The notes below the pieces were generated by a model that saw only the letters and a list, made by a program, of their open reading frames with translations, did no database searches and was not told the DNA's origin. Positions 37,645 through 45,738 of a stretch of 64,000 nucleotides of DNA are shown here, piece by piece; positions within the stretch are counted from its first letter, which is position 1, and the number at the start of each line of letters is the position of its first letter. The stretch is from Oscillospiraceae bacterium (GTDB lineage: Bacteria; Bacillota; Clostridia; Oscillospirales; CAG-272). The translations under genes and the position numbers were made by a program. The stretch spans positions 21,930 through 85,929 of the forward strand of contig SVQX01000003.1 in assembly GCA_015065065.1 (NCBI GenBank). The letters run 5' to 3'.

Positions 37645-39554
37645 CAGATATCACTTCCTTCCTCTAAGGTCTTGCTTATCGAAAATATTTTTACATCCCC
37701 CTCACCCTCTATCCTCAGCCGCATGTGATCGTGTCGGCGGAGGGGTACGGGGATGGTAAAAGTCTTAAACGTCTGGGATTCTGTGCCGTAAAGTCGGATA
37801 AAGTCGCCCATAGAGTCGTACTGCACAGAGATCACGACCCGCGCACCCGACGCGAGCGACATGCGCACGGCAATTTTGGAAATATACTTGCGATCGGGCG
37901 AGTCAAGTCCGATAATACCGCTCTCGGCATACCAGCGCACCCGCTCGTCCGAGCTGTCGGGAGTAAGACAAACGATCTGTCCGTCCGCAACGGCGTAAAG
38001 CCTGCCCTTGGCCGTGGCAAAGGATTCGGCGTGCATACCGTCCTCTCTGTGCCAGAGCCCATATCGCGTGTCGTATACGAAAAGGTGATAAGCGCCGTTT
38101 GTATCCTTCATGCTGACGTAGTATTTGCCGTTGTGCACGACCGCAGTAGCGTCCGAATATCTCTCATTTCCAAGTGAATCAGATATATGCTGTGTAGACG
38201 TACCGTTAAAGGCGATAATACCAGCACGCGACTTGTAATATAAAAGTCCGTTCAACACCGCAGCGGTTTTGTCGCTTCCCTTTTCTATACCCGACTCTAC
38301 AAGCTCATAAAGCGTGAACTCCGTCGTATCACTCCCGTATACCGTAAAAATACGGTTTTCCTTGAAAAAGTACGGTCGCCCGTCATACACGACTGCCCCC
38401 GTGAATTCACCCGGCATACCGACACTTGCCGCCCAGGAGTTATCCGCAGTCGAGCCGTCAGCGTAGGTGTGCCAGCGGCGAATGTCACCAAGCTTTGTGG
38501 CGTAGATCTCATTTACCACCTTTTTCTCGGTATTAAGACCGTACCGACATCCCCAAAGACGATTCCCGCAGGAAATAACGTAGTCGAGATTTGGAACTAT
38601 CAGAGTGACGGTGGGCAATTCTTTTTCGGGATCAAGTGACATATAGCACACATTGTCACCTTCTGTTTGACCGCCGACTATGCCGGAAATGATAAACGCA
38701 CCGTCGTCCGTCACTTTTTTAATATGATGTCTGCCATTTATCCAAGGAATAAAAAACACTGAATCGCCCTCGTTCCATGTGTCTTGAAATCCCTCAAATT
38801 CAACATAATCACCCGAAAGAAAATCTCCGCACCACGCCCTCTGTGCGGCACGCGGATCAGCTGTAGCAGCGTCGAGCTGAACACTTACAAAAGTATCTGT
38901 AATCTGAATCCATTGATCGTTCCCCTCATCTACACGTGCATATTTATAAAGACACGGAGGACTCAATATATCCAGCGGAGTTCCGTCTGCCGCCTTCTCT
39001 AATTTTGGCGCTTCAAGCTTGTAGTCGCCCAGGCTTGGATTATCCACATCCTCAGCATATTTGATAATAGTGCCATCACGCTCACAGTTGCGAAAGATAA
39101 TGAGCAGGTCCTCTTTGTTTTCAAAAACAGGCTTTCTTACGATCTCAAGCGAACCGTACTCCTCGTCGCCTGCAATGTCGTAGTATTTCATTTCTGGAAA
39201 TACTATCGCGTAAGCACCGTGGGTGACTATAAAGTGTTTCCCGACATTATCCTTTGAGAGTCCTACGTCGTGCGTTTCAAAATAATTATCCGGAACGCCG
39301 CGGCAAAGCTCGGCTGTGGCACTATTTATCCACCAAAGCTGGTTAAAATCGGGCTCGTGCGTAAGTGCCTCGGCATTTTCGACATTATATATGATTCTCC
39401 CGCTTCTCGGAGAGAGCAGCGGATACCGGTCGGATGACATATTCTCCATTTGGGAGAACTCGCCCTCCCCGATAACGGGGTTATGATTATAGCCGCGAAA
39501 GACGGAGAGCATCTGTCGGACGGAGCTTTCATTCTCTATTTGAGGGTAATACAT
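37644..39554 (-). CDS. phage structural hypothetical protein (636 aa)
   Basis: Long ORF in the late operon. Confidence 0.55.
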   Translation of the reverse strand: MYYPQIENESSVRQMLSVFRGYNHNPVIGEGEFSQMENMSSDRYPLLSPRSGRIIYNVENAEALTHEPDFNQLWWINSATAELCRGVPDNYFETHDVGLSKDNVGKHFIVTHGAYAIVFPEMKYYDIAGDEEYGSLEIVRKPVFENKEDLLIIFRNCERDGTIIKYAEDVDNPSLGDYKLEAPKLEKAADGTPLDILSPPCLYKYARVDEGNDQWIQITDTFVSVQLDAATADPRAAQRAWCGDFLSGDYVEFEGFQDTWNEGDSVFFIPWINGRHHIKKVTDDGAFIISGIVGGQTEGDNVCYMSLDPEKELPTVTLIVPNLDYVISCGNRLWGCRYGLNTEKKVVNEIYATKLGDIRRWHTYADGSTADNSWAASVGMPGEFTGAVVYDGRPYFFKENRIFTVYGSDTTEFTLYELVESGIEKGSDKTAAVLNGLLYYKSRAGIIAFNGTSTQHISDSLGNERYSDATAVVHNGKYYVSMKDTNGAYHLFVYDTRYGLWHREDGMHAESFATAKGRLYAVADGQIVCLTPDSSDERVRWYAESGIIGLDSPDRKYISKIAVRMSLASGARVVISVQYDSMGDFIRLYGTESQTFKTFTIPVPLRRHDHMRLRIEGEGDVKIFSISKTLEEGSDI

Positions 39555-39568
39555 TCGGGAGCGCCTCC

Positions 39569-39937
39569 TTAAAATACTCTTTTTCTCGCCTGCCGCGGCA
39601 TGTGTACTGAATTATAATATTGCTTGAAGCCGGAGAGAGCGCTGTTATAAAGCGCCGCCGCGGCGTTGTACTTTTTCAGCTCGCCCTGCACGTAGCTTAT
39701 CTGCATCGAGAGCCAGTGAATGTATATATCGTCGTGCGGGAACGGCACAAGCAGCACAGCGTCCGTATTGTCCTGTGTGTACGGTCGGAAGCCAACCTCT
39801 CCGCCGCCCTCGTGGGTGTCGATCACCTCCAGCTTTATTCTGCCGTCAAGCTCAGACAGCCAACGGAGCTTTTCGTCAAGCGATATATCGTTTGGCTTCA
39901 GCGTGTCCACCCGCGCAATAGCCTCGGATACTGTCAT
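39569..39937 (-). CDS. phage head/neck-region hypothetical protein
   Basis: Start taken at MTVSEAIARVD. Assigned from its position after the capsid genes. Confidence 0.5.
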   Translation of the reverse strand: MTVSEAIARVDTLKPNDISLDEKLRWLSELDGRIKLEVIDTHEGGGEVGFRPYTQDNTDAVLLVPFPHDDIYIHWLSMQISYVQGELKKYNAAAALYNSALSGFKQYYNSVHMPRQARKRVF

Positions 39938-40020
39938 TTTTTTGTCCTTTCCGCCGCCCGTCGGCGGCAATATAAATCTCGTGTGCGGGAGGCAGATCGC
40001 CTCCCGCTTTTGTTTGTAGC

Positions 40021-40272
40021 TTATTTTTTCAGCGATTCAAGATGTCTGTCGTACTCCGCGAGCCTTTTGTCGCGGTATGCAAGAAGCTTTGCGACGCACT
40101 CGGGAACCTCGACATCCACGCCCTTCTGTATCATAAAGTTACGCTCGCCAACCGACACAAAAAGGTGTGTCTGAGTATCGTCGCGCTCCTTATGTATCCT
40201 GACAGTTACCATCTTTTCACCCTTTTTTACGGGGATGGTGGATGCACTTGAATTAATCTGACTCATATTCAT
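40021..40272 (-). CDS. small phage protein downstream of the capsid gene (83 aa)
   Basis: ORF in operon register. Confidence 0.5.
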   Translation of the reverse strand: MNMSQINSSASTIPVKKGEKMVTVRIHKERDDTQTHLFVSVGERNFMIQKGVDVEVPECVAKLLAYRDKRLAEYDRHLESLKK

Positions 40273-40280
40273 ACCTCCTG

Positions 40281-41297
40281 TCAGTTAGCCTGCGCGTCGG
40301 GCGCGTAGGCCATAAGATCAATGATAGCCTCGTTTGAGAGGATCTCGGCGGTGATGTTGGTTTTCCAGCCCGCAGTGCCGCGCTGGTTGAGAGGATCGGC
40401 AGTGCCGGCGCTTCCGAGCTGCTTGACGATAGTCTCGACACCGCCCTCACCCGCCTCGGTAACGCCGTAAGCGCCAAGACCGATAACGAAGGTGTGAGCA
40501 ACCATACCGCCCGCTTCCTCTGTCACAAGAGCCTCGGTAGACTCAACGAAGCGACAGCCGTCTATCTTGCCAATCTCGCCCGTAAAGAGCTTGTTAGCAT
40601 CCGTGTACTTATGCCACTCAACGAAGGTGGGATCCTTGGTCTTGAGATAGAACGCAGTCCACGGGTGAATGATAGCAACGTAGCAGCCGCCGTCCAGAGG
40701 CTGAATGTTGTTAGCCTTCATCTTGGTGACCGCGCGCATGATATCCTTCACCTTCAGCTCGCAGCCCGCCACGATATTATCAATATCGTCAATGGCAGTC
40801 TCCGAGCCGTCAGCCGCCACCTTGGTCGCAAAGGAGGCGTTAGTGGTAGTCGCCAGCACGTTGCGCACGACGGTATCGCGGGAAAGTCCCGCCTGATCGC
40901 CCTGAAGCTTTACAGTCTCGGCAAGCAGAGGATCAATGGCGGTGAGCTGCACGAAGTCGGACAGCTCCACGTAATCGCCGTACTGCTGAACGGTCGCAGT
41001 AAGAGTCGTGACCTTCAGCGAGCTGCCGCCGGGAGTAACGCCCTCGCGCAGAGGCTCGGTCACCTTGGGCAGACGCTCAAAGCGACGGAACTCCACCGTC
41101 TTGCCGTTGCCCTTCGGGATGGGCTTTTTCTGACCGAACTGCTCGTGCACGAGTCGCGGCTTTGCGGACTCAAGCAGCGCCTTGTCGTAAAATACCTTCA
41201 TTTCGGGCGACAGATCCGCCGTCGCCGTAGTCATAGTGTTGTCTGCAAAAAGCTGCAGATTAAGGATGATATCATCCCTGAGTCGAATGTTAAACAT
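40281..41297 (-). CDS. major capsid protein (N4-gp56-like family, from memory)
   Basis: DLSPEMKVFYDKALLESAKPRLVHEQFGQKKPIPKGNGKTVEFRRFERL. Sits downstream of the scaffold gene. The N-terminus carries LNLQLFA. Confidence 0.7.
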   Translation of the reverse strand: MFNIRLRDDIILNLQLFADNTMTTATADLSPEMKVFYDKALLESAKPRLVHEQFGQKKPIPKGNGKTVEFRRFERLPKVTEPLREGVTPGGSSLKVTTLTATVQQYGDYVELSDFVQLTAIDPLLAETVKLQGDQAGLSRDTVVRNVLATTTNASFATKVAADGSETAIDDIDNIVAGCELKVKDIMRAVTKMKANNIQPLDGGCYVAIIHPWTAFYLKTKDPTFVEWHKYTDANKLFTGEIGKIDGCRFVESTEALVTEEAGGMVAHTFVIGLGAYGVTEAGEGGVETIVKQLGSAGTADPLNQRGTAGWKTNITAEILSNEAIIDLMAYAPDAQAN

Positions 41298-41374
41298 AAT
41301 TTTTCTTTTCCTTTCTCTTGTTTCTTTTGAAATTCATCGAGAGAAGATCAGGCGCAGCAATATGCAAGATCGGT

Positions 41375-41432
41375 GATTTTCGCCGCATCGAAAATCCTCC
41401 TCACTTTTTCACTATTACTTCTTACCTCTCAC
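41375..41432 (+). repeat. hairpin-plus-heptad element, family 1, variant hairpin
   Basis: GATTTTCG-CCGCAT-CGAAAATC, followed by CTCCTCAC TTTTTCAC TATTAC TTCTTAC CTCTCAC. Confidence 0.75.
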
Positions 41433-41437
41433 CTCGA

Positions 41438-42337
41438 TCACGTAAACGTGATCTGCTCCCCTCGCTCTGCTCTGCGGATGTATTCATTGATCTGCTCCAT
41501 GGACAGCTTGGAGGGATCTACCTTTACGCTGGACGGTACATTCGCCCTTGCTCCGCTCTCTGACGGACGCATGCCGTTTTGACGCACACGGTTTGCCACC
41601 GCGTCCTCGCCCTTCTTGGATGCGTACTTCATAGCCGCGGGAACAAGAGTGTCCCTATGTGCGATCTCGTAGGCGTCGCGCATGCTGTAGCCGATATCAA
41701 GCAGATTTTTAAACCGCTCACCCTCAAGCTCGGTGCGCAAGTCGAAATTCTTGTAGATCGCCTTGACGCTCTTTGCTTCCTCCAGAAGCGCCGCATACTC
41801 TGCCGCCGCCGTCGCCTCCGCCTCGGCGCGCTCGCGCGCGGCCGCCTGCGTTCTGAGCGACTCCATTTCATTTATGGTTTCAAGAGGAACGCCCGTCTCG
41901 TCAGCGCGCGCTTGGTTGTAGGTATTATCGGCATTAAAAGCCTTCAGAAGTGCCTCCGTATCCCCGGCCTTGACGCCGTAGCGCGTCGCAAGCTTGTCAA
42001 GGATGGGAAGCGCCGCTTCGTAGGATTTTGCCTTTTGCCCGAGGGTACGGGTGCGCCCCGTTACCGCCTTTTTCACACGCGCGTCATAAAGGTCCTTGTA
42101 ATCGCCCTTGATAAGCCGCTCAAACTCCGCCTCACGGTCGGGAGTCCCGGCTTGTCCGGCTTCAGCGTCAGCACCGACGTTATCGGTACCGCTGTCCGTG
42201 TTGTTTGTCAGCCCGGCGTCGGCTGCCTCTGCCCCCGCAGGAGCATTTCCGCCCGTTGCACCGCCAGCGACCGCCGCTCCATCCGCAAAGAACTGGAGGC
42301 CGAGCCTGACGGGCATTTTAAAAGTAGTATCGAACAT
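41438..42337 (-). CDS. scaffolding protein
   Basis: Ala/Glu-rich helical protein between the portal/Prp genes and the capsid gene. The N-terminus carries LGLQFFA. Confidence 0.65.
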   Translation of the reverse strand: MFDTTFKMPVRLGLQFFADGAAVAGGATGGNAPAGAEAADAGLTNNTDSGTDNVGADAEAGQAGTPDREAEFERLIKGDYKDLYDARVKKAVTGRTRTLGQKAKSYEAALPILDKLATRYGVKAGDTEALLKAFNADNTYNQARADETGVPLETINEMESLRTQAAARERAEAEATAAAEYAALLEEAKSVKAIYKNFDLRTELEGERFKNLLDIGYSMRDAYEIAHRDTLVPAAMKYASKKGEDAVANRVRQNGMRPSESGARANVPSSVKVDPSKLSMEQINEYIRRAERGEQITFT

Positions 42338-42435
42338 TTACGTTCCTTTCTTTCCCCGTCCTCAGACGGAGAAGCAGCCCGTTACGTGGGCGAGCCGTAT
42401 TTTTTATAAGCACCGAGTATTCCTCGGGACTATAC

Positions 42436-42501
42436 GTAAAGTAAAAAGTAATAGTGAAAAGTGAATAGGTGATGTGGATTTCCGCCACGGCGGAAATCCA
42501 C
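42436..42501 (-). repeat. hairpin-plus-heptad element, family 1 (inverted orientation)
   Basis: GTAAAAA GTAATA GTGAAAA GTGAATA, then a 12-bp-stem hairpin GTGGATTTCCGC-CACG-GCGGAAATCCAC at 42474-42501. Confidence 0.85.
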
Positions 42502-42503
42502 CT

Positions 42504-42623
42504 GCACACGCTTCGCGTGGTGCGACTCTCAACTCTCAACTCTCAACTACCAACTATCAACTCTCAGCTACCAACTATCAACTACCAACTATCAACTCTC
42601 AACTACCAACTCTCAACTCTCAA
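42504..42623 (+). repeat. hairpin GCACACGC-TTC-GCGTGGTGC followed by 14 phased 7-nt repeats (CTNNCAA)
   Basis: Units from 42526: CTCTCAA x6, CTACCAA x4, CTATCAA x3 and CTCTCAG x1, with no phase break. Confidence 0.9.
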
Positions 42624-42944
42624 CTTGACATGCTCCGCCACGTCCCGCGCCAGCACCGAGTACCCCGTCATTATCACCTCAGCATATTCCGTAAGCCTGT
42701 GCCACGCCACACCGTCCAAGGCAACCGCTCGCAGGTGCGCCTCCCCGTCCTGAATGTGATACTGCACCTTCACGCCGTAGCCGCAGTCATCAAGCGCCGC
42801 AAAGCTCTGTGCCGCCGTGTAAAACAAGGTGGAAATGCCGGCACACACAATGTCAGAGCCTAAATTTGCAAAGCCCGCGTGACCGAATATGTCGATCGTA
42901 AATATCATTCGCGCATCGTCTGCGCGTATCTCAATATTCGTCAT
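42603..42944 (-). CDS. prp: Prp-family cysteine protease (ribosomal L27-processing type), phage-encoded
   Basis: FGHAGFANLGSDIVCAGISTL matches the GHA...D.VCA.VS His/Cys signature of Prp (DUF464). The last 7 codons and the stop lie inside the heptad array. Confidence 0.75.
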   Translation of the reverse strand: MTNIEIRADDARMIFTIDIFGHAGFANLGSDIVCAGISTLFYTAAQSFAALDDCGYGVKVQYHIQDGEAHLRAVALDGVAWHRLTEYAEVIMTGYSVLARDVAEHVKLRVESW

Positions 42945-42947
42945 ACG

Positions 42948-44900
42948 TTATACCGGAGACGTGGTCGCCGCACTCCTCTCCCGCGCCTTTCTCGTCACGT
43001 GTGATTCGCCCTCCGCCCCGTCTGCTGTAGGGACAGGCGTCCTCGACTGTCCGTCTGTGACAGGCGTCCTCTGTCCGCTTATCCTTCCCGCGCCGCCGCT
43101 CGCCGCCAGCTCGGGTGCTATCTGCGCCACCATAGCGGAGTAATTCGTACCGCTCGACGCATCAACCGTCTGCGCCAGAGCAAACGCCATCTGCTGAAGC
43201 TGTATCAGCTTTTGATAAAGCGTGCCGTTTCGCATGATCTTCTGCATCACCATGTCCTTGCGGTCAAAGTCCATCATATCAAGGCAGGCAAGAGATGCGT
43301 CCGCATTCTGCGGGTTGAAAAATCCCGCGTTCAGGAATTGAAGCGCCATTTCATTCTGCGCGAGCCGGCTGTACGGGCTCTGCTTTTCGGCAGAGATCTC
43401 AATATCAAATACGGGAGAACGGTATACAGGCTGACCGTCCGAGTCAATACCCGCAGGCTGCGGCTTTATTTTCTCGTTGGAATAGCGGATAAAGGTCTCC
43501 GCTCCGCCATCCCCTACCACGCGGAAATAATGCGGAGTGTCGTAGAACTGACGTATCAGCTCGATAACCAGCTCTACAATGCGGCGGAAAGCGCGATAAG
43601 TGCCCTTGTTTGAGTCACGTGACCGTTTGCCGCCCGCCTCCTGCATGGCGGCAATACCGGACGCCGTGGTAACTCCGGAGGTAGTGCCGCCGTTGGATAC
43701 GTCGCGGTTACCCGTGACCTCCTTGAGCTCCTCAACCTTGCCCGTAAGCACGTTTAAGTAAATTGCTGACAGCGGCTTTGTCTGAAGCGGCTGTATCGCG
43801 TTTGGATCTCCCGTGTAATGCACGACCTTCTTTTTTCGGTCAAGCAGCTCACCCTCGTTGATGCCCGCCGCCTCGCTTCCGAAATATCGGGAGGATGAGC
43901 CGTCAAGCATGTTTTCCATAACTGCCTGCGAGCCGCGGTCTATGTATTCCTGAGGACTCTTGCCGATATCTATATAACCAAAACCTGCAGGCGTACCCTC
44001 ACAGGGAATGAGAATGTCCAAAACGAAGGGATACTTACCGTGATCGTATAGTCCCCTCTCTGCCGCTTGAGGATCGTTTTCCGTCGCATATAAAACCTCC
44101 GTGTTGATAAATTTGCAAAAGTGAAGTACGGTTTTGCCACCAACCGTCTTTTTGTAATACCAGTCGATAACGGCGCTCTTTTCAGCGGTATTTATACTGT
44201 CGTCGTGGATGTATTCGCCGACAGCCACGTTTCTGCCGCCAAGCTTGCCGCGAAGCTGCGGATACATTCCCTCCAGCAGCTTGTTGTCGTAAAGAGTAAC
44301 AAGAAATATGTTTTGCGAGTCCTGAATATCCGTGATACTCGGCTCCCAGAACAGATTGAGCACGTCAACGTCCTTAACCGTTATCTCGCCAAGCCCACCC
44401 GCAGCTGTCGCGTCCCAGAACACACCGTACACACTCGTGCCGTGCTTGAGCTTGGGATAGAGCGCGCGTGAATAGATTTCCTCAAACCCTATGTGATCGA
44501 ATATAACGGGCACGATTGAGGAAAGGATCTTGGCTTCACTCACGTCCCCCTCCTCTCGCGGTACGATATTCGGTCGAGGATAGTTATCCATGCCGTCCGC
44601 GTGCTTACTCAGAATGGAATCGAGCAGCCATGCAGAGGTAGGCTCTACCTCCTCAGGAATGTCGTTGCCGTTCTCGTCCTTTCTGTTTTTCCGCAAAGCT
44701 GCCCAGTGGCGCAAGCGGAACCACTCCTCATCCTCAATTATGCGCGCGTCAAGGTTAGCCTTGCCCGCCTTGTATTTTTGGAAAAGCTCCATAGCATCGC
44801 GGAGCTGTACCTCCCCTATAGGTAATTCCCGCGCCGCCCCCTCGACCTGCATATCCGCCCCCTGCTGCTCCGCTCTCAATATTTCATCTGCAAAATCCAT
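42948..44900 (-). CDS. portal protein
   Basis: ATG 44900 follows AAAGGAGA. The call rests on size (650 aa) and position between terminase and Prp/scaffold. No specific motif recognised. Confidence 0.6.
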   Translation of the reverse strand: MDFADEILRAEQQGADMQVEGAARELPIGEVQLRDAMELFQKYKAGKANLDARIIEDEEWFRLRHWAALRKNRKDENGNDIPEEVEPTSAWLLDSILSKHADGMDNYPRPNIVPREEGDVSEAKILSSIVPVIFDHIGFEEIYSRALYPKLKHGTSVYGVFWDATAAGGLGEITVKDVDVLNLFWEPSITDIQDSQNIFLVTLYDNKLLEGMYPQLRGKLGGRNVAVGEYIHDDSINTAEKSAVIDWYYKKTVGGKTVLHFCKFINTEVLYATENDPQAAERGLYDHGKYPFVLDILIPCEGTPAGFGYIDIGKSPQEYIDRGSQAVMENMLDGSSSRYFGSEAAGINEGELLDRKKKVVHYTGDPNAIQPLQTKPLSAIYLNVLTGKVEELKEVTGNRDVSNGGTTSGVTTASGIAAMQEAGGKRSRDSNKGTYRAFRRIVELVIELIRQFYDTPHYFRVVGDGGAETFIRYSNEKIKPQPAGIDSDGQPVYRSPVFDIEISAEKQSPYSRLAQNEMALQFLNAGFFNPQNADASLACLDMMDFDRKDMVMQKIMRNGTLYQKLIQLQQMAFALAQTVDASSGTNYSAMVAQIAPELAASGGAGRISGQRTPVTDGQSRTPVPTADGAEGESHVTRKARERSAATTSPV

Positions 44901-44914
44901 ATTTATAAATTCTC

Positions 44915-44967
44915 CTTTCAACTTTCAATTTTCAATTCACTTTCAACTCTCAACTATCAACTCTCAA
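44915..44967 (+). repeat. heptad tract without an adjacent hairpin
   Basis: CTTTCAA CTTTCAA TTTTCAA (TTCA) CTTTCAA CTCTCAA CTATCAA CTCTCAA. Confidence 0.8.
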
Positions 44968-45236
44968 CTCCGCATTATCTCCACCCTCGCTCTGCCCGGA
45001 GGCGTTGTGAGATCCTCGCGCCTGATGTTCAGCGCGTCGAATATCCTTCCCTCAAGGGGACCGCGTCGCGCCGCATTCATCCTGGGCGCTATCGGTCGCA
45101 TCATGCAGAAATACCGTGCTTCGTCGGCACAGTTATGCGCGACCACGCCGCCCTGTATGACAAAATCATGTGTATCCGCTACTTCCATGTTGTATACGTC
45201 ACGCTCTCCAACGTAGCTTACCGACTTAACTTTCAT
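44964..45236 (-). CDS. terL: terminase large subunit, C-terminal fragment: 35-aa C-intein plus C-extein
   Basis: MKVKSVSYVGERDVYNMEVADTHDFVIQGGVVAHN|CADEARYFCMM. This shows the canonical intein block G (VAHN followed by Cys+1) and the terminase DxxRY-type motif. Confidence 0.8.
   Translation of the reverse strand: MKVKSVSYVGERDVYNMEVADTHDFVIQGGVVAHNCADEARYFCMMRPIAPRMNAARRGPLEGRIFDALNIRREDLTTPPGRARVEIMRS
45132..45236 (-). other. split-intein C-half (IntC, 35 aa)
   Basis: Same length class and sequence pattern as DnaE-type IntC. The Cys+1 codon lies at 45129-45131. Confidence 0.75.
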
Positions 45237-45738
45237 TCAGCTCCTCCTTTATCCTGTTGCGGCGAAACGAAGCACGGCAGTTCTGATGACAAAAACGGTT
45301 CGCGCCTTCAACGTATACATGCCGTGTTTGAAACGACTTTCCGCAAAAGGTGCATACATATTCACGTAGCGGAGCCTTTTCCCAATATTCTTTTGCGTGC
45401 GCTCCATGCCACGCCGCACCCTCTACGCTCCCATGCCACGCAGAAGCATATTTGAGTGCCTTTTTAATGTCACGTCGGCTTTGTTCAACACGTTCGGGGG
45501 ATTTCATATGTTTTCGCTGATGCTCTTTACCTTGCATCATGCACAGATTAGATATGGAATTGTTATGCCTATCGCCGTCTATATGGTGGATATCAAATCC
45601 CTTTGGAATACTGCCATTGTGGTATTCCCACACCGCTCGATGCAGTCTTTTGCCTTTGCGTTGAAAATAAGCTCCGCACAGGTAAAACATTTCTCCGTTA
45701 AATTCCTGTTTGGTATTGCTTATCACGTTTACCTGCAT
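45226..45738 (-). CDS. free-standing HNH homing-endonuclease-like gene between the intein halves
   Basis: ATG 45738 follows GGAGGTG. Motif HRAVWEYHNGSIPKGFDIHHIDGDRHNNSISNL (HNH), plus a C-terminal CxxC...CxxxC. It overlaps both flanking ORFs by about 10 nt. Confidence 0.8.
   Translation of the reverse strand: MQVNVISNTKQEFNGEMFYLCGAYFQRKGKRLHRAVWEYHNGSIPKGFDIHHIDGDRHNNSISNLCMMQGKEHQRKHMKSPERVEQSRRDIKKALKYASAWHGSVEGAAWHGAHAKEYWEKAPLREYVCTFCGKSFQTRHVYVEGANRFCHQNCRASFRRNRIKEELNES

Noticed and set aside
39976-40010. Plus-strand terminator-like hairpin GCGGGAGGC-AGATC-GCCTCCCGC followed by TTTT, inside the minus-strand late operon
   Set aside because: It is oriented against the operon and has no U-tract on the coding strand. 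I treat it as an intergenic REP/stabiliser-type hairpin, or a block to antisense transcription. It is not reported as a feature because its function is unclear.
42526-42623. Possible CRISPR array or coding repeat (track ORFs 42469..42753 and 42474..42863)
   Set aside because: The units are contiguous 7-mers with no spacers. The 7-nt period is out of codon phase, so the translated peptides are low-complexity artefacts.
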